Positions 59,539 through 64,000 of a stretch of 64,000 nucleotides of DNA are shown here, one piece after another; the stretch's first letter is position 1; the number at the start of each line of letters is the position of its first letter. This DNA comes from Verrucomicrobiota bacterium (GTDB lineage: Bacteria > Verrucomicrobiota > Verrucomicrobiia > Opitutales > Cerasicoccaceae). Below the pieces are notes generated by a model that saw nothing but the letters and a program-made list of their open reading frames with translations, had not been told where the DNA came from and did no database searches. The position numbers and the translations under genes were made by a program. The stretch lies in NCBI GenBank assembly GCA_039818205.1, contig JBCBUK010000005.1, forward strand, positions 128,001-192,000, given 5' to 3'.

Positions 59539-62204
59539 ATGACCACTCCCAACCGACCCGCGAAGAAATTTATGATTGGTTGAAGCGCATTCGCATGCTG
59601 CGAATGGTTCGAATTACTGCGCTCACCTCACTCATCTCCGCCTTCGTTCTAAACTCAGTTTATTTGTGGTTGATGGGAGCACCAGAAGGCTCGACCGGCT
59701 GGTTAATGGTCGGCCTATGGGCAGCAATCACGGCGCTAACTGCCGCCATGACGTGGCGCGACTGCGGTGACCTCCCAACGCTCGCGCGCAAGACTGAACA
59801 ACGCCTACCTGTGATTGGCCTGAGACTCACATCCAGCTTGGAATCTGGTGACAATCCGCACGCAGATCCTGATATCGATGCAGCGGTCTGGCAAGAGGCG
59901 GCCGCGGCAACGATCCAGGAAGAGACGAACCAACGGGCAATGCAGACGGGGTTCACCCTCGCCTGTGTCACCGCGATTGCAATTGCGACTCTGAGCTTCC
60001 TTTCAATCTACGTTGTAATCCCCGGCCTATCGGCAATTGCTCCTGCCGTAACCTTGAACCCAAAGGAAATTGTCGAAGAAGAAGTGGAGCCAGCCATTCC
60101 TCAGGAGCTAATTGCGGCGAGCATTACGATTCAAGAACCCGGAGAAGACTTTTGGGCAACGCGTATTGAAGCCGTTCCGCTCGAACTCACGACCGACTCG
60201 CCCCATGGTTTTTCCGACCTCACGATCAAAGCGTCCGTCAACGGCGGTGATTGGGTAACGCTTTCCGACTCAGCGGAATTTGTTGAAGCCGGTGAACAAG
60301 CACTGTCTTTGGAGCTGTACCTTGATGAACTAAAGATCGAGGACTTCGATTTGGTTTCCTATGCCGTCGAGGGGCTCGCTCTACACCCCGAACACCCTGG
60401 TGCGCTCCGTCGATCGGACATGTATTTCATTCAGATTCGGCCGTTCGATTGGCAGATCACCAAGGTTCCGACGGCAGAGGGCGACATGCAGCAGATGATT
60501 CAATTGATGAACCTGCTCATCTGGCTAATCGAAGAGGAACGTATCGTTATTCGCCACACCTGGGTTTTGAACCGGGAAGAATCGGCTTATGCTGGCACTG
60601 CAGAATTCAATCGTGCCGCCGGGTTTGTCCGCGACTCACAACAAATGGTTCAGGACCGACTACTAGAAGCAATTGATCTGTTTACCAACGAACTACAAGA
60701 GCAACTCCCCGGGCCGTTCCTCGCTAAATTCAATGAGTCATCCGACCATTTTGATCAAGCGATCCAGTATCTCGATAACGAGAACTGGGCCGAGGCTGGC
60801 CAAGAAGAGCAACGTGGACTCGCGGACCTCATTTACCTCTACAGCATGATTCAACGAATCGTCGGCGAAGGCGCTGCTTCCCCTTCCTCGGGCGAGCCAG
60901 AAGAAGGGGAAGCAAAGCCCAAGGATTCGCAGAATAAGAACGAACAGAAAAAACTTGCTGGCCTTGAAGATCGCCAGTTAGTGCGACGCCAATCGAGCAA
61001 GATCGCTCAACTACAAGAAGAGCAAGAGAAACTGAATCGGGAAATGGAGGAACTCCAAGACCCGTTTGCCGACATACCCGAGAAAGAATACTACGAGAAA
61101 AAACAAGAACTCGAGGAGAAGCAGGCCGAGCTAAAGAAGGAAGCTGAAAGCATGGCGAGCAGCAAAGGATCATCGAGCTCTGAGGCAATGAAGCAGGCAA
61201 GTAAGGCGATGGAAGAAAACGAAGAGGACATCGCCGATGCCCAACCGGGAGAACAAACGGGAGAAGCCGGCCAGCAAGCACAGGAAATGTTGGCGGCCGC
61301 AAAAGCAATTTCGGAATCCCAAGAACGGCAGGCTTTGAATGAAGCCATCAGCCGTATGATGAAAGACATCAGTGAGTCGCTGGCTGAAGAAGACTCAGAC
61401 GACGGCGAAGTGAACGACTTGCTCAGCGACTACGCTGAACAGATCGAAGCAACCGCTATGGAGGAGCCGTCGAAAGAAATCGCGGCCGCGCTGAACGAAG
61501 CAGCCGAGGACATGAACACAGCCGCCAGCAAGCGTGGCAGCGAAGAAGCCGTCGCGACAGCGATGGAGTCCCTCGCCGAAGCACGACAAGTCACGGCTGG
61601 AGAACTGGAGAGTCTACGTGAGTTAGAACAAGCCCTCGCACGCATGAAACGCCAGTTGCGCGGCGCGAAACGACAAGCCGAAGCACAGGCTCAAGCGAAA
61701 GCCGATGGCCAGCAACAGGCTCAATCCGAAGAGTCCAAAGGAGAGTCCTCAGGCCAGGGATCTGGCGAAGGTTCTGGAGAGAGCGAGTGGCAGAAAGCCC
61801 AACAAGGCGATGCCGCTCGCCTACGAGCAGAAGTCGCGGCAGCTACTGGCGATGGCGAGCTGGCCAAACAACTTGAGGAAGACATACGCTCGATGGGTTC
61901 CGCTTCTGGACAACCATCCGAAGAACGTTCCGAGAGTGGATCAGGCGGCGATGAAAAGCAGTACACCGACCAGGAAGTTGACCCGAACTTCAATCCCGTT
62001 TTCAAACAGATCGGCGGAATTGAAAACACAGTCGACGAGGTCCTCGCGGTCATCCGAGAACGCTACGCGAGTCTTCAGCAGAAAGACCTGCTCGTCGGTG
62101 GGGACCAGGAGCGCATCGCCGAACAGTACCGCGAAATGGTCGCGGCCTACTTTGAAAAACTCTCCCGCGAAACCGGCGCTGGCGACGAATCCCCAAAAGA
62201 GTAA
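59535..62204 (+). CDS. DUF4175-like membrane protein with long acidic coiled-coil C-terminus
   Basis: Three N-terminal TM segments, YFIQIRPF, E/Q-rich helical region, terminal YREMVAAYFEKL; ATGA overlap. Confidence 0.72.
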   Translation: MNDHSQPTREEIYDWLKRIRMLRMVRITALTSLISAFVLNSVYLWLMGAPEGSTGWLMVGLWAAITALTAAMTWRDCGDLPTLARKTEQRLPVIGLRLTSSLESGDNPHADPDIDAAVWQEAAAATIQEETNQRAMQTGFTLACVTAIAIATLSFLSIYVVIPGLSAIAPAVTLNPKEIVEEEVEPAIPQELIAASITIQEPGEDFWATRIEAVPLELTTDSPHGFSDLTIKASVNGGDWVTLSDSAEFVEAGEQALSLELYLDELKIEDFDLVSYAVEGLALHPEHPGALRRSDMYFIQIRPFDWQITKVPTAEGDMQQMIQLMNLLIWLIEEERIVIRHTWVLNREESAYAGTAEFNRAAGFVRDSQQMVQDRLLEAIDLFTNELQEQLPGPFLAKFNESSDHFDQAIQYLDNENWAEAGQEEQRGLADLIYLYSMIQRIVGEGAASPSSGEPEEGEAKPKDSQNKNEQKKLAGLEDRQLVRRQSSKIAQLQEEQEKLNREMEELQDPFADIPEKEYYEKKQELEEKQAELKKEAESMASSKGSSSSEAMKQASKAMEENEEDIADAQPGEQTGEAGQQAQEMLAAAKAISESQERQALNEAISRMMKDISESLAEEDSDDGEVNDLLSDYAEQIEATAMEEPSKEIAAALNEAAEDMNTAASKRGSEEAVATAMESLAEARQVTAGELESLRELEQALARMKRQLRGAKRQAEAQAQAKADGQQQAQSEESKGESSGQGSGEGSGESEWQKAQQGDAARLRAEVAAATGDGELAKQLEEDIRSMGSASGQPSEERSESGSGGDEKQYTDQEVDPNFNPVFKQIGGIENTVDEVLAVIRERYASLQQKDLLVGGDQERIAEQYREMVAAYFEKLSRETGAGDESPKE

Positions 62205-64000
62205 TGGACTGGGAAAAAACAGACAGCCAATGGATCTTTGGGTCCGGATTGCCGGGATGGGCATTAGCCGTAGTCTTAGTCATCGCGGGCGTTGTGCTTT
62301 GGAATTTCTACCGACTAACACTCGCACCGATTCCATTAATTAATCGAACAGTCCTTGGTGGACTGCGAATTACATGGATCGCACTGTTGCTCGTTTGCCT
62401 TTGGAATCCCAGTCAAGAAACGACCTTTGAGAAGACCATTGGAGAAATTCCCGCCGTTCATGTCGCGGTCGATCTATCAGCGAGCATGGGTGGCGAAGAC
62501 CCAGCAGGCGAGGCACAGTACCGGGAGACGCTCGAGGTCATTGAATCGCTTCGCGATACCCTACCGGACGACAACGCCGGCAACATAAAATGGTGGTCCG
62601 TTGGCGATTCGCTAAAGCCCTACGAAGCAACCGATTTCCCCGCACAGAGTCGAAGCGACATCAGCCGCCAGCTCAACCTATTGGCTCGCACCGGCAGCAG
62701 CGATGGACGGTCACAAGTGATCTTTCTATTGAGCGACGGGAAAGACACAAGTGACAACGAGGGTGTCGGTTGGCAATTTCCCGCAGGAACTCGCGTATTT
62801 CCCATCCTGCCCGATTGGCGGGTTCAAGATACTGCCACAGCCGGTATCTCTGCGGTTGAAGGACCCGTAGCCGTAAACATTAAAGAACGCTACCAACTGC
62901 GGGCTATCCTCGAATCCTCACGTCATGCCCAAGACCCACACGAGCTCGAGCTACGTTCCGGCGGGCAACTCATCGAAAAGAAGCCCGTTGATTTTATCGG
63001 TGGAATGACCATTGCCGAAAGCTTCACAACCATCGAAGGGGCACCGGGCCAGCGAATCTTTGAGTTTGTTTTGCGCAATCGAACGACCGGCGAAGCGGTC
63101 GATCGATTCTACCACGCAGTTACCGCCACTCAGCGAGATTCACTCCGCGTGCTGGTCCTTCAAGGCAGCCTCGATTGGGAACCCCACTACATTCGGAAGG
63201 CGGTTGCCGAGAACCCTTCAATCGAAATCGATACGGTTAGCCGGCTTAGCGAGAAAACCTACCGCGTTGAAATTGGTGAGACCGCCAAAAATGTTTCTCC
63301 CTCGGAAGCCTATCGCGCAGTCGCGAACCTCGGAGATGAATACGATGTTGTTCTACTGGCCAATGTTGGCCCGAAGCTACTCGACAGTAATTTGGAAGCA
63401 CAACTCCTTTCCCTGCTTCGCGAACGTGGTGGTGGCATCCTCTTCCTAAACGGAAATCCAGTCCAGGCGTCCGCATTCAGTGGAAGTGTTTTAGAATCAT
63501 TACTACCAGTCGTCTTCACTCCCAACCCGGAGGGCGTGGCCATTGTCGATCCCTTTGCCCGCAACTTTGTCCGCAACGTTTACCGCGGCAATCGAATGAC
63601 CTCCAACGAACATGCCTTCGTTGACCAGATGCAGGCGGACCTGCACCAACGTTTTTACACCGATCTCAAAAGCATCGAACTAACCGACGAAGCCGCGTCA
63701 TCTCAAATTTGGGCCGACAGTGGAAGCGACGGTATTGCCGCACTGCCGACTCCGCCAAAGACCTACATCTCGTATGCCCAGGTAGAAAAAGAGAAACCCG
63801 CCGCAACCGTGCTCGCAGTCCATGCGGAAGACGCTGGAGGCACTCCCCTGATGGCCGCCCAATCAATCGGCCGGGGCCGATCCGTATTTATCGGTGTTGA
63901 TAATCTTTGGCGCTGGCGCATGGAGACCGAAAGCCTGGCCCGCGGCTATGACCGCTTTTGGCAGCAGCTCTTGCTTTGGCTTGGTGAGAATGCGTCCATT
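62204..64000 (+). CDS. Membrane vWA + glutamine-amidotransferase-like domain protein, 3'-truncated (absent from the ORF track)
   Basis: TAATG overlap at 62204. Translated by hand at several points, all in one frame: MDWEKTDSQW..., two TM helices, MIDAS VDLSASM, FLLSDG, LRVLVLQGSLDWE, GRGRSVFIGVDNLWRW...RFWQQLLLWL at the window end. Confidence 0.85.
   Translation, partial: MDWEKTDSQWIFGSGLPGWALAVVLVIAGVVLWNFYRLTLAPIPLINRTVLGGLRITWIALLLVCLWNPSQETTFEKTIGEIPAVHVAVDLSASMGGEDPAGEAQYRETLEVIESLRDTLPDDNAGNIKWWSVGDSLKPYEATDFPAQSRSDISRQLNLLARTGSSDGRSQVIFLLSDGKDTSDNEGVGWQFPAGTRVFPILPDWRVQDTATAGISAVEGPVAVNIKERYQLRAILESSRHAQDPHELELRSGGQLIEKKPVDFIGGMTIAESFTTIEGAPGQRIFEFVLRNRTTGEAVDRFYHAVTATQRDSLRVLVLQGSLDWEPHYIRKAVAENPSIEIDTVSRLSEKTYRVEIGETAKNVSPSEAYRAVANLGDEYDVVLLANVGPKLLDSNLEAQLLSLLRERGGGILFLNGNPVQASAFSGSVLESLLPVVFTPNPEGVAIVDPFARNFVRNVYRGNRMTSNEHAFVDQMQADLHQRFYTDLKSIELTDEAASSQIWADSGSDGIAALPTPPKTYISYAQVEKEKPAATVLAVHAEDAGGTPLMAAQSIGRGRSVFIGVDNLWRWRMETESLARGYDRFWQQLLLWLGENASI

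Noticed and set aside
1..64000. CRISPR arrays, tRNA/rRNA genes, transposases
   Set aside because: No regularly spaced repeats, RNA-gene signatures or transposase/integrase ORFs were seen by eye, and intergenic gaps are short.

Overview
About 64 kb of bacterial chromosome. Gene content (PEP-CTERM protein, PSCyt1/DUF1549/DUF1553/DUF1501 clusters, a Rhodopirellula/Verrucomicrobium-type ECF sigma, several sulfatases, a GH16 beta-agarase) points to a marine PVC-superphylum bacterium, most likely Verrucomicrobiota; this is inferred, not searched. Left to right: two tandem atypical Hsp70 genes; a caa3-type cytochrome c oxidase operon whose subunits II and III carry large insertions; a divergent azurin-like lipoprotein; feoAB plus a small Cys-rich peptide; a DUF420 gene; a beta-agarase; a fused NirB-NirD nitrite reductase; a NarL-type two-component pair; two parallel DUF1549/1553 - DUF1501 - membrane cytochrome c/LRR clusters (one ending in MFS + ApbE, one headed by an ECF sigma whose apparent anti-sigma domain is fused to the DUF1553 cytochrome); PhoD, sulfatases and sugar oxidoreductase/isomerase genes; a four-gene operon built around a membrane-anchorless FtsK; and a MoxR/DUF58/vWA operon that runs off the right edge. 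No rRNA, tRNA, CRISPR array or mobile element was seen. Best leads: (1) the soluble FtsK + LRV-repeat protein + two mutually paralogous small Lys-rich proteins; (2) the anti-sigma/cytochrome fusion, with a candidate promoter motif shared by the sigma gene and the MoxR operon; (3) a recurring CTATC-N4-GATAG palindrome upstream of catabolic genes. All family calls come from motif recognition by eye; no database was run.
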